A stretch of DNA of 24,000 nucleotides from an uncultured beta proteobacterium (GTDB lineage Bacteria > Pseudomonadota > Gammaproteobacteria > Burkholderiales > Rhodocyclaceae): the NCBI GenBank assembly GCA_963816095.1, contig CAWFIW010000007.1, positions 497,511-521,510 on the forward strand, written 5' to 3'. The notes beneath the pieces were generated by a model. The model was not told the DNA's origin, made no database searches, and saw only the letters and a program-made list of their open reading frames with translations. A program made the position numbers and the translations under genes. Below are positions 16,666 to 24,000 of this stretch, piece by piece (the stretch's first letter is position 1; each line of letters starts with the position of its first letter).

Positions 16666-17460
16666 ATGAACATGAACTTTGCGCTGATTCTTTTCATATT
16701 GCTGGTGGTGAGCGCCATGCTCTGGGTGGCGGATCATTTCGTGTTCCGCAAGCGGCGCGCACCGGACGCCAAGGAGCCGGTCTGGGTTGAGTACGGTGCC
16801 AGCTTCTTCCCCGTCATCCTGATCGTGTTCCTGCTGCGTTCCTTTCTTGTCGAGCCCTTCAAGATACCTTCCGGGTCGATGATTCCGACGCTGCTGGTCG
16901 GTGATTTCATCGCCGTCAATAAATATACCTATGGCATCCGTTTGCCGGTAATCAACAAGAAGGTCATTGAAGTGGGCCAGCCATTGCGCGGCGATGTGGT
17001 GGTATTTCGCTATCCGCCCGATCCCTCGCTCGATTACATCAAGCGCGTAGTCGGCTTGCCGGGCGACCGGGTAGCCTATATCAACAAGCGCCTGACCATC
17101 AACGGCGAACCAGTTTCCCTTGAAAATACCGGCGATTACTTCGATGTGGAGCGCATGTTCTATACCCCGCGCTACGAGGAAAATCTGGGGGGGAAACAAC
17201 ACGCGCTGCTGATCGAGGAAGGCGCGCCGGCCTATGTGCCGCATGTCATGCAATTTCCCCGGCGCGACAATTGTCTCTACAATACCGACGGCGTGGTTTG
17301 CGAGGTACCGGCCGGACATTATTTTGTCATGGGCGACAATCGTGACAATTCGCAGGACAGTCGGGTATGGGGATTCGTGCCTGACGAGAATCTGGTCGGG
17401 AAAGCCTTTTATATCTGGTTCAATTTTGGGGATTTGAAGCGCATTGGCAGTTTTCGTTGA
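16666..17460 (+). CDS. lepB: signal peptidase I
   Basis: [20 protein letters not shown] (TM1), a basic loop, then a second hydrophobic segment. Catalytic Ser box [10 protein letters not shown]; Lys box [11 protein letters not shown]; [11 protein letters not shown]; WGFVP. ATG 16666 or 16672, with a GGTGGA SD-like element at 16657-16662. Confidence 0.92.
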   Translation: MNMNFALILFILLVVSAMLWVADHFVFRKRRAPDAKEPVWVEYGASFFPVILIVFLLRSFLVEPFKIPSGSMIPTLLVGDFIAVNKYTYGIRLPVINKKVIEVGQPLRGDVVVFRYPPDPSLDYIKRVVGLPGDRVAYINKRLTINGEPVSLENTGDYFDVERMFYTPRYEENLGGKQHALLIEEGAPAYVPHVMQFPRRDNCLYNTDGVVCEVPAGHYFVMGDNRDNSQDSRVWGFVPDENLVGKAFYIWFNFGDLKRIGSFR

Positions 17461-17487
17461 TGACCTGAATCCTGACGGGGAGATGAC

Positions 17488-17844
17488 ATGAAAAAAAGAC
17501 AGCTTGGCATAACACTTTCCGGCCTGATGGCCGCGGCGGTTGTCGTTGCCATTCTCGCGCTCCTCGGCCTGAAGGTCATTCCCGAGTACATGGAGCACCG
17601 TCAAATTGTCAGCGCCATCAAGAAGGTCGCAGCTGACGCAGATGCAACGGCTGGCGTGGCTAAGATCCGGGATGCTTTCGATCGTCAGGCCAATGTGGAT
17701 TACATTTCGGCCATTACCGCTGCTGATCTCGATATCACGAAAGAGGGCGGGGCGGTCGTGATCTCGTTTTCCTACGAAAAGCGCATCCCGCTCTTTGCGA
17801 ACGTCAGCCTGATGCTCGACTTCGAAGGTTCCTCCAAGGAGTGA
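17488..17844 (+). CDS. DUF4845-family small membrane-anchored protein
   Basis: 118 aa. Pilin-like N-terminus KRQLGITLSGLMAAAVVVAILALLGLKVIPEY. Conserved position between lepB and rnc, as I recall for beta/gammaproteobacteria. SD GGGGAG upstream. Confidence 0.7.
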   Translation: MKKRQLGITLSGLMAAAVVVAILALLGLKVIPEYMEHRQIVSAIKKVAADADATAGVAKIRDAFDRQANVDYISAITAADLDITKEGGAVVISFSYEKRIPLFANVSLMLDFEGSSKE

Positions 17845-17850
17845 GTAGGT

Positions 17851-18519
17851 TTGACGGCACGGCTGGAAAAAACGCTGGGCTATCGTTTTAACCGGCCAGA
17901 GCTGTTGCGTCAGGCGCTGACGCATCGCAGCCATTCTTCCCAGCATAACGAACGGCTCGAGTTTCTTGGGGATAGCGTGCTGAATTGCGTTATCGCCAGC
18001 CTGCTCTACCTGCGTTTTCCCGGCCTGAAAGAAGGTGAGCTATCCCGCCTGCGTGCCAATCTGGTACGTCAGGAATCCCTGGCTGAAATTGCAACGGATC
18101 TCTTTCTGGGAGACAAGCTGCTGCTGGGTGAAGGCGAGCTCAAGAGCGGTGGCTTTCGTCGCCCGTCGATATTGGCGGATGCCCTGGAGGCGATTCTCGG
18201 CGCCATCTACCTGGATTCCGGTTTCGCTGCGGCGCACGACTGTATCGAGGGTCTGTACATCGCGCGTATCGAGCTGATCGATCCGCGCGACGCTGGCAAG
18301 GACGCCAAAACCGCCCTTCAGGAGTGGTTGCAAGGGCGTCACTTGCCGATACCGCAGTACGCCCTGCTGGCAACGCATGGCGATGCCCATGCCCAGGAAT
18401 TTGAAGTTTCCTGCAGCATTCCGGCCGTCGATTTGCAGGTGACGGGGCGCGGTGCCAGCCGACGCGGTGCCGAACAGGACGCAGCGCAAACTGCCTTGGA
18501 CAGGGTGAAAAATACATGA
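17851..18519 (+). CDS. rnc: ribonuclease III
   Basis: [19 protein letters not shown]; signature [12 protein letters not shown]; C-terminal dsRBD ([13 protein letters not shown]...[16 protein letters not shown]). TTG start 17851 with AAGGAG 9 nt upstream. Confidence 0.93.
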   Translation: MTARLEKTLGYRFNRPELLRQALTHRSHSSQHNERLEFLGDSVLNCVIASLLYLRFPGLKEGELSRLRANLVRQESLAEIATDLFLGDKLLLGEGELKSGGFRRPSILADALEAILGAIYLDSGFAAAHDCIEGLYIARIELIDPRDAGKDAKTALQEWLQGRHLPIPQYALLATHGDAHAQEFEVSCSIPAVDLQVTGRGASRRGAEQDAAQTALDRVKNT

Positions 18520-19421
18520 GTGAGACCGTCGTTCCGCAAACCCCTTTCCGGGCAGGCTACCTGGCGATTATCGGTTGTCCGAATGTCGGAAAGTCGACAC
18601 TGATGAACCGGTTGATCGGGGCGAAGCTGAGCATCACCTCGAAAAAGGCGCAGACCACGCGCCACCGGATTCATGGCATTCTGACGGTGGAAGCCACTCA
18701 ATACGTGTTTGTCGATACGCCGGGATTCCAGACGCAGCATCGCAACGCGCTCAATCGTGCCATGAATCGCGTGGTGACCGGTGCCTTGGCGGGTATCGAT
18801 GTGATCCTGTTTGTCATCGAAGCCAATAAGTGGCGTCCCGAGGACCGCGAGGTTCTCGCACGCCTGCCGGCAGACACGCCGGTGATCCTGGTGATCAACA
18901 AGATCGACCGCTTGGCGGAAAAGGGCGCGCTGCTGCCCTTTATCGCCTCGCTCGCCGCGCAGCATCCGTTTGCGGAAATCGTCCCGATCAGTGCCGAACG
19001 TGGCGAGAATCTCGATACCCTGCTCAAGGTGGCGGGAAAATATCTGCCGGAAGCGGCGCCAATATTCGGCCTGGACGAACTGACGGATCGTTCCGAACGC
19101 TTTCTCGCCGCCGAGTTGCTGCGCGAAAAACTGTTTCGCAATCTTGGCGAAGAGCTGCCCTACGGCATCGCTGTCGAAATCGAACGCTATGAGGAAGTCG
19201 AAGGTGTGCGGCGCATCCACGCAGCGGTCATCGTCGACCGGGACGCGCACAAGTCCATTGTCATCGGCAAGGGCGGCGAACGCCTGAAGCGGGTGGCAAG
19301 CGATGCACGCAAGGACATGGAGCGTCTGTTTGGCGGCAAGGTCTGGCTCGAAACCTGGGTCAAGGTCAAAGGCGGCTGGGCCGACGACGAACGCGCGCTG
19401 AGAAGCCTTGGTTATGAGTGA
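18516..19421 (+). CDS. era: GTPase Era
   Basis: G1 [15 protein letters not shown]3 DTPG, G4 INKID, C-terminal KH domain ([13 protein letters not shown]). ATGA overlap with the rnc stop. Confidence 0.95.
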   Translation: MSETVVPQTPFRAGYLAIIGCPNVGKSTLMNRLIGAKLSITSKKAQTTRHRIHGILTVEATQYVFVDTPGFQTQHRNALNRAMNRVVTGALAGIDVILFVIEANKWRPEDREVLARLPADTPVILVINKIDRLAEKGALLPFIASLAAQHPFAEIVPISAERGENLDTLLKVAGKYLPEAAPIFGLDELTDRSERFLAAELLREKLFRNLGEELPYGIAVEIERYEEVEGVRRIHAAVIVDRDAHKSIVIGKGGERLKRVASDARKDMERLFGGKVWLETWVKVKGGWADDERALRSLGYE

Positions 19422-20137
19422 TGAGCGGCAGGCAGCGCATTGATGGTGCGGCGGCCTTTCTGCTGCACACGTATCCCTTCAGCGAAACCAGCCTGATCTT
19501 GGAGGTGTTTTCACGTGATCACGGCCGACTCGCATTGCTGGCACGGGGTGCGCGCCGGCCACGTTCGGAGCTGCGCGGCGTGTTGCATGCATTCCAGCCG
19601 CTCGAACTCGGCTGGTTCGGCGGTGGCGAAGTCAAGACCCTGGCCAAGGCCGAATGGGTGGGAGGCATCTCCTTGCCGCGTGGTGAAGGCCTGCTGCTCG
19701 GCTATTATTTGAACGAACTGTTGCTGAAGTTGCTGCCGCGCGAAGATGCGCATGCGCAGCTGTATGAAGCGTATGCGATCGCCCTGCAGGCATTGTCGCG
19801 GGGCACCACCGAGGCGGCCGAGTTGCGCCGCTTCGAAAAAACGTTGTTGAAGGAACTGGGTTACGGGCTGGTACTGGATCGCGATGCGGCAGGCATCCCA
19901 ATTCAGGCGGAAGGTAGTTATCACTATCAGATCGAACGCGGCGCGCTGCCTGCCGGTGACTCCGCAGACGGCCTGCCGTTGTCAGGAAAAACGCTGCTCG
20001 ACCTGGCGGCGGACGATTACGGCGATCGGCGTAGTCTGGCCGAAGGCAAGCAGTTGATGCGCTATTTGCTGGCGCATTATCTTGCAGGGCAAAAGTTGCA
20101 GACGCGGCGGGTATTCATCGAATTGCAGGATGTTTGA
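19418..20137 (+). CDS. recO: DNA repair protein RecO
   Basis: AFLLHTYPFSETSLILEVFSRDHGRLALLARGARRPRS..LRGVL.PFQPL: RecO N-terminal OB-fold pattern. Conserved position after era. Start GTG 19418 or ATG 19421, overlapping the era stop. Confidence 0.88.
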   Translation: MMSGRQRIDGAAAFLLHTYPFSETSLILEVFSRDHGRLALLARGARRPRSELRGVLHAFQPLELGWFGGGEVKTLAKAEWVGGISLPRGEGLLLGYYLNELLLKLLPREDAHAQLYEAYAIALQALSRGTTEAAELRRFEKTLLKELGYGLVLDRDAAGIPIQAEGSYHYQIERGALPAGDSADGLPLSGKTLLDLAADDYGDRRSLAEGKQLMRYLLAHYLAGQKLQTRRVFIELQDV

Positions 20138-20152
20138 GAAAGGCGCGGGAAA

Positions 20153-20899
20153 ATGATTTTTCTGGGAGTGAACATCGACCATGTGGCGACCCTGCGTCAG
20201 GCGCGTCGCACCTACGAACCCGATCCGGTCTGGGCGGCTGCCGAAGCGCATCTGGGCGGCGCGGATGCGATCACCGTGCATCTGCGCGAAGACCGCCGCC
20301 ACATCGTCGACCGCGATGTCGAACTGCTGCGCGCCAGCGTGCAGACCAAGCTGAATCTCGAAATGGCGGCGACCGACGAAATGGTCGGCATCGCCTGCCG
20401 CCTCAAGCCCGAAATGTCGACGCTGGTGCCGGAAGGCCGCCATGAAGTCACCACCGAAGGCGGGCTCGACGTGGCAGGGCAGGAAGCGCGGCTCAAGGAT
20501 GTCGTATCCCGGATGAAGGATGCCGGCATCTATGTCAGCCTGTTCATCGACGCCGACCCAAGGCAGATCGAGGCCTCCGCACGTGTGGGCGCGCAGGCGT
20601 GCGAGATCCACACCGGCCCCTACGCGCATGCTTTCCACGACAGCGGGCGCGACATCGAGAGCGCGGCGGCGCAGGCCGAACTGAGAAAAGTCGGCGCTGG
20701 CGGGACGGCGATCATCGACTGCGGCATGCGCTTCAATGCCGGCCATGCGCTGAACTACGTCAATGTGCAGCCGATTGCCGCCCTGCCGGGCATCTGCGAA
20801 CTGCATATCGGCCATGCCATCGTCAGTCGTGCGGTCTTCGTTGGCCTGCGCGAGGCGGTGCGCGAAATGAAAGCCCTGATCCGGCGAGGTCGCCCAGCC
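20153..20899 (+). CDS. pdxJ: pyridoxine 5'-phosphate synthase; no in-frame stop in this sequence, reads through into acpS
   Basis: [67 protein letters not shown]. Removing one base in 20880-20899 (for example one C of CCC 20893-20895) yields ...RRGRQP-TGA (20901-20903), a GTGA overlap with the acpS start. Confidence 0.9.
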
Positions 20900-21278
20900 G
20901 TGATCTTCGGCATCGGCACCGATCTCGTCGCGATCGCACGCATGCGCGAATTCTGGCAGCGCCACGGTGAACGGGCGCTGGAAAAGCTGCTGGCGCCCGC
21001 TGAGCGGGCTGCCTGTCGCGAGAGTGCCGATCCCGGTCGTTTCCTTGCAAAACGCTTTGCCGCCAAGGAGGCGCTCGGCAAGGCGCTCGGCACGGGCATC
21101 CGCGCGCCGGTACTGCTGACCGGCCATTGCCGTGACGCATGACGATCTGGGCAAGCCGCTGCTGGAATTTTCTGCCGAACTGGCGCACTGGATCGCCGAA
21201 CGCGGCCTGACCTGCCATCTTTCGCTGAGTGACGAGACGGAGCATGCGCTGGCCTTTGTCGTCGTGGAAAAACCATGA
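20900..21278 (+). pseudogene. acpS: holo-ACP synthase (4'-phosphopantetheinyl transferase), frameshifted as sequenced
   Basis: GTG 20900 gives (M)[14 protein letters not shown]...[28 protein letters not shown] in frame 0. The homology then continues in frame +1 from about 21123 ([17 protein letters not shown]...[20 protein letters not shown], stop TGA 21276-21278). Frame +1 has a TGA at 21117-21119, so the shift lies at 21120-21124 (CCGGCC). Confidence 0.8.
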
Positions 21279-22282
21279 GCTACGGACCGTTGATGATCGA
21301 CATTGCCGGCACGGCCATGACCGCTGCCGAGCGCGAACGCCTGCTGCATCCGCTGGTCGGCGGCGTCATCCTGTTTGCCCGCAACTATTGCGATCCCGCA
21401 GCAATTGACGGCTCTGTGCGCGGCAATTCATGCGCTGCGTTCGCCGCGATTGCTGATCGCCATCGATCACGAGGGTGGCCGCGTGCAGCGTTGCCGCGAA
21501 GGCTTCACGCGCGTGCCGGCGATGCGCCGGCTGGGTGAGTGGTGGGATCGCGATGCGCGGGCGCCATCGCCGCTGCGCGCGCCATTGGCTTTACCCTCGC
21601 CGCCGAATTGCGTGCCTGCGGCGTCGATCTCTCCTTCACGCCGGTGCTCGATCTCGACTATGGGGTTAGCGGCGTGATCGGCGACCGTGCTTTTCATCGC
21701 GACCCCGAGGCGGTGATTGCACTGGCCGGCGCGCTCATCGAAGGCCTGCACGCAGGCCGGCATGGCCTGCTGCGGCAAGCATTTTCCCGGGCACGGCTGC
21801 GTCGCCGCCGATTCGCATCTGGCGATTCCGGTCGATGAGCGCAGCCTCGCAGAAATGGCCGACGACCTGCTGCCCTATCGCCGCTTGAAGCTGGATGCCG
21901 TGATGCCGGCGCATGTGATCTATCCGCAAATCGACAGCCGGCCGGCCGGCTTTTCGCCGGTCTGGATCGACAAGCTGCGCAACGGATTCGGCCACACCGG
22001 GCGTGATCTTCAGCGACGACCTGTCGATGGAAGGCGCCAGCGTCGCCGGCGGCATTGTCGGCAGGGCGGAGGCAGCATGGCAGGCGGGCTGCGACATGCT
22101 GCCGGTCTGCAACAAGCCGGAAACGGTGGTCGAACTGCTGGAGAAGCTGGCGTCCGGAAGTGGATCCGGAACGCAGCGCACGCATTGCGCGCCTGCTGCC
22201 GACGCAAGCTGCGCCCGCGTGGGACAGCCTGGCCGGACTTTGCGCCGCTGGCCGGGCTGCCTGTCAGGCGATGATGGCCTGA
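21275..22282 (+). pseudogene. nagZ: beta-N-acetylhexosaminidase NagZ, at least 5 frameshifts as sequenced
   Basis: NagZ homology hops frames. 21275-~21396: [41 protein letters not shown]. Then [53 protein letters not shown]. Then [64 protein letters not shown]. Then [14 protein letters not shown]...[24 protein letters not shown]. Then [12 protein letters not shown]...[10 protein letters not shown]...LLEKL. Then [17 protein letters not shown]..., stop TGA 22280-22282. ATGA overlap with the acpS stop. Confidence 0.85.
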
Positions 22283-22298
22283 CCCCTCTATTCGTTGA

Positions 22299-22859
22299 TT
22301 ACTTGACGCGGTTCTTGTATTCGCCGGTGCGGGTATCGATTTCGATCTTGTCGCCGGTCGCGACAAAGATCGGCACCATCACTTCCAGGCCGCTCGGCTT
22401 GATCTTCGCCGGCTTGAGCACCTTGCCGGAGGTGTCGCCCTTGACGGCCGGCTCGGTGTATTCCACCTCACGCACCACGCTGTTGGGCATTTCGACCGAA
22501 ATCGCCTTGCCTTCGTAGAACACCACTTCGACAGCCAGGCCGTCCTCGATGTAGGGAATGGCATCGGCCATGTTCTCGGCTTCGACTTCGTACTGGTGGT
22601 ATTCGTCGTCCATGAAGACGTACATCGGGTCGGCGAAGTAGGAATAGGTGCATTCCTTGCGTTCGGGCACGACCTGCTCGAACTTGTCGTCGGCCTTGTA
22701 GATGGCCTCGGACGGGGCGTCGGTGAGCAGGTTCTTGAACTTGAACTTGACGACCGCAGAACTGCGGCCACCCTTGTTGTATTCGGCCTTCTGGACGACG
22801 AGCGGATCGTTGCCGACCATGATGACGTTGCCGACGCGGAGTTCCTGAGCGGTTTTCAT
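22299..22859 (-). CDS. efp: elongation factor P, Arg32 (EarP-type)
   Basis: [32 protein letters not shown](32)[13 protein letters not shown]...; [13 protein letters not shown]; [12 protein letters not shown]; [15 protein letters not shown]. 186 aa. ATG at 22859-22857 on the minus strand. The track ORF extends spuriously to 23321. Confidence 0.95.
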   Translation of the reverse strand: MKTAQELRVGNVIMVGNDPLVVQKAEYNKGGRSSAVVKFKFKNLLTDAPSEAIYKADDKFEQVVPERKECTYSYFADPMYVFMDDEYHQYEVEAENMADAIPYIEDGLAVEVVFYEGKAISVEMPNSVVREVEYTEPAVKGDTSGKVLKPAKIKPSGLEVMVPIFVATGDKIEIDTRTGEYKNRVK

Positions 22860-22894
22860 AGCAAGTGCCTGATGGGGAAAATAAAAGGCGCGGA

Positions 22895-23920
22895 TTATAG
22901 CTTTTTCAGACAGAACCTGACCAGATTTGTCGCCAGATCGCCGTGGACAGAAATCTGGCTTGCCCAGCCGGGCGCGTGCGCCGCCTGCGCGGGCAGCGTA
23001 GCGGAAAATTCTGCCCAGTTCAACGGGCCGTCGCCGTTCCAGGCGTGGAAGAAGCTCCGTACCGCCAAGTTGTCGGTGTAGCGGTTCAGGAAGGCGTCGA
23101 GTTTGGCGAAATGGGCATTTTCGGCTTGCGGGTAGGCCTGCCAGACAAAAGGCCGCTCTGCCCACTGGGCGCGCACGAAGGAATCCTCGCCACGGACGAA
23201 GTTCAGCTGGCAGCGGGCAAGCAAGGCATCGTATTCCGTCTGCGGCAGGAAAGGCAGGGCGTGCAGGTCGAGGTTGCCGCGTCGGACAGTAACGCCTGTG
23301 GGGAATGGCTCGCCCAGCCAAGTTTCCACCTGACGGTGTGGCAGACCATAAGCAACATGGCAGACGATGGTCTGATTGCCATCACGCCAGCAATCGAGCA
23401 GCGCGGGCAGTTGTGGGTTTTCGTAGCAGAAAAGCGAGATTTCCAGTGCGCCATCAAAACTCGGCGCTGGCGGGACGGCAAAGTTGCGTTCGCGGATCAA
23501 TCCACCCGCCCCGGGAACGAAGCCGGGAAAGAAGAAATGCTTGACCAGCGGCGGCTGGGGCGAGGGCAGGCCGTGGCAGCCAGCCACCCAGTCTTCGGCC
23601 GAGAGGTATTCGAGATTGATCCAGACTGGCAGCTTGGGCTGGCCGGCCATCGATCCGACGTAAAGCGCGGGTAGCTCGCAGGCAAAGGCCTCGATGACGA
23701 CTTGGGCCGGTGTGACGCCGGCGAAATCGCCTGCCCATTTGCGTATTTCGACCGTGTTCTGATCGGGCGCGAGAAGATCAATGGGTGTCGGGTCGTCGAT
23801 CCACAGCCGCACGTGCCATCCCTGTTCCATCGCCAGCTGGCGTGCCAGCCGCCAGCAGACGCCAGCATCTCCATAGTTGTCGATGACGGCGCAGAAAATG
23901 TCGCAGGAAATACTACTCAT
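22895..23920 (-). CDS. earP: EF-P arginine-32 rhamnosyltransferase EarP
   Basis: 341 aa. N-terminal [25 protein letters not shown]...VRLWIDD is the hallmark EarP/DUF2331 start. Lies immediately upstream of an Arg32 efp on the same strand. Confidence 0.9.
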   Translation of the reverse strand: MSSISCDIFCAVIDNYGDAGVCWRLARQLAMEQGWHVRLWIDDPTPIDLLAPDQNTVEIRKWAGDFAGVTPAQVVIEAFACELPALYVGSMAGQPKLPVWINLEYLSAEDWVAGCHGLPSPQPPLVKHFFFPGFVPGAGGLIRERNFAVPPAPSFDGALEISLFCYENPQLPALLDCWRDGNQTIVCHVAYGLPHRQVETWLGEPFPTGVTVRRGNLDLHALPFLPQTEYDALLARCQLNFVRGEDSFVRAQWAERPFVWQAYPQAENAHFAKLDAFLNRYTDNLAVRSFFHAWNGDGPLNWAEFSATLPAQAAHAPGWASQISVHGDLATNLVRFCLKKL

Positions 23921-23939
23921 GGCGATATCCTACGCTGAC

Positions 23940-24000
23940 ATGCCAGAACCGATTTTCGACAGCAAATCTTTCCTCGCCTCGCTGACCGATGCGCCGGGCG
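23940..24000 (+). CDS. uvrC: excinuclease ABC subunit C, first 20 codons only (cut by window edge)
   Basis: ATG 23940, then MPEPIFDSKSFLASLTDAPG. This matches the conserved UvrC N-terminus pattern FD.K.FL..L...PGVY. Too short for the ORF track; divergent from earP. Confidence 0.55.
   Translation, partial: MPEPIFDSKSFLASLTDAPG

Noticed and set aside
14878-17460. Interpreting the 860-aa ORF as a genuine bifunctional LepA-signal peptidase protein
   Set aside because: A one-base correction restores a textbook LepA C-terminus and an ATGA-overlapped lepB start. A large cytoplasmic domain ahead of the first LepB TM helix conflicts with the expected topology. The same +1 artefact type recurs downstream.
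16477-17946. 489-aa ORF on the minus strand spanning lepB, the DUF4845 gene and the rnc start
   Set aside because: It is entirely antisense to three genes with strong family signatures. The translation is His/Arg/Gln-rich and low-complexity with no recognisable motif. This is a typical shadow ORF in GC-rich DNA.
18339-19250. 303-aa minus-strand ORF antisense to era
   Set aside because: A shadow ORF opposite a gene with clear GTPase motifs. It has no independent evidence such as an SD, motifs or a plausible start context.
19982-21349. 455-aa minus-strand ORF antisense to the recO end, pdxJ and acpS
   Set aside because: Same reasoning: no motifs, Arg/Ala/Gly-rich, and fully overlapped by conserved plus-strand genes.
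22003-22518. 171-aa plus-strand ORF running from the nagZ middle past the nagZ end into efp
   Set aside because: Only its first ~50 codons carry NagZ homology ([11 protein letters not shown]...LLEKL). The remainder is out-of-frame read-through caused by the frameshift near 22150 and is antisense to efp.
22860-23321. 154-codon upstream extension of the efp ORF (track 22299..23321)
   Set aside because: It overlaps earP out of frame. EF-P homology begins exactly at MKTAQELR (ATG 22859) and gives the standard 186-aa length.
1-24000. Search by eye for tRNA/rRNA genes, CRISPR repeats, IS elements and long direct repeats
   Set aside because: No T-loop-like GGTTCGAATCC contexts, regularly spaced repeats or terminal inverted repeats were found. 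Intergenic space is short except for 9292-9475, and promoter elements account for that region.

Overview
GC-rich proteobacterial chromosome segment; gene content and order look betaproteobacterial (Rhodocyclales/Nitrosomonadales-like), which is inference only. Two housekeeping blocks lie collinear on the + strand. The first is fabF(partial), a small YgfX-like ORF, nadB(-), and rpoE-rseA-rseB-rseC-degP/mucD. The second is lepA-lepB-DUF4845-rnc-era-recO-pdxJ-acpS-nagZ. Convergent efp and earP (- strand) follow, then the first 20 codons of uvrC. Between the two blocks sits a ~7 kb accessory segment (7786-14728). It encodes an APS kinase with a degenerate ATP-sulfurylase-like N-domain, a secreted PEP-CTERM protein, a TPR + PAPS-sulfotransferase fusion, and the PEP-CTERM-system TPR lipoprotein PrsT. 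The PEP-CTERM gene has its own sigma-54-type promoter and intrinsic terminator. This looks like a sulfation branch attached to the PEP-CTERM/exosortase system and is the most interesting candidate here. The second notable signal is eight single-base frame disruptions. One removes the lepA stop, so lepA and lepB form one 860-aa ORF. One removes the pdxJ stop, fusing it to acpS. One lies inside acpS and at least five lie in nagZ. Seven of the eight fall within 20.88-22.15 kb and seven are +1 insertions next to an identical G or C. Local consensus error is the favoured explanation over real gene decay. No tRNA/rRNA, CRISPR array, transposase or integrase was seen. Many long antisense ORFs in the track are GC-rich shadow ORFs.
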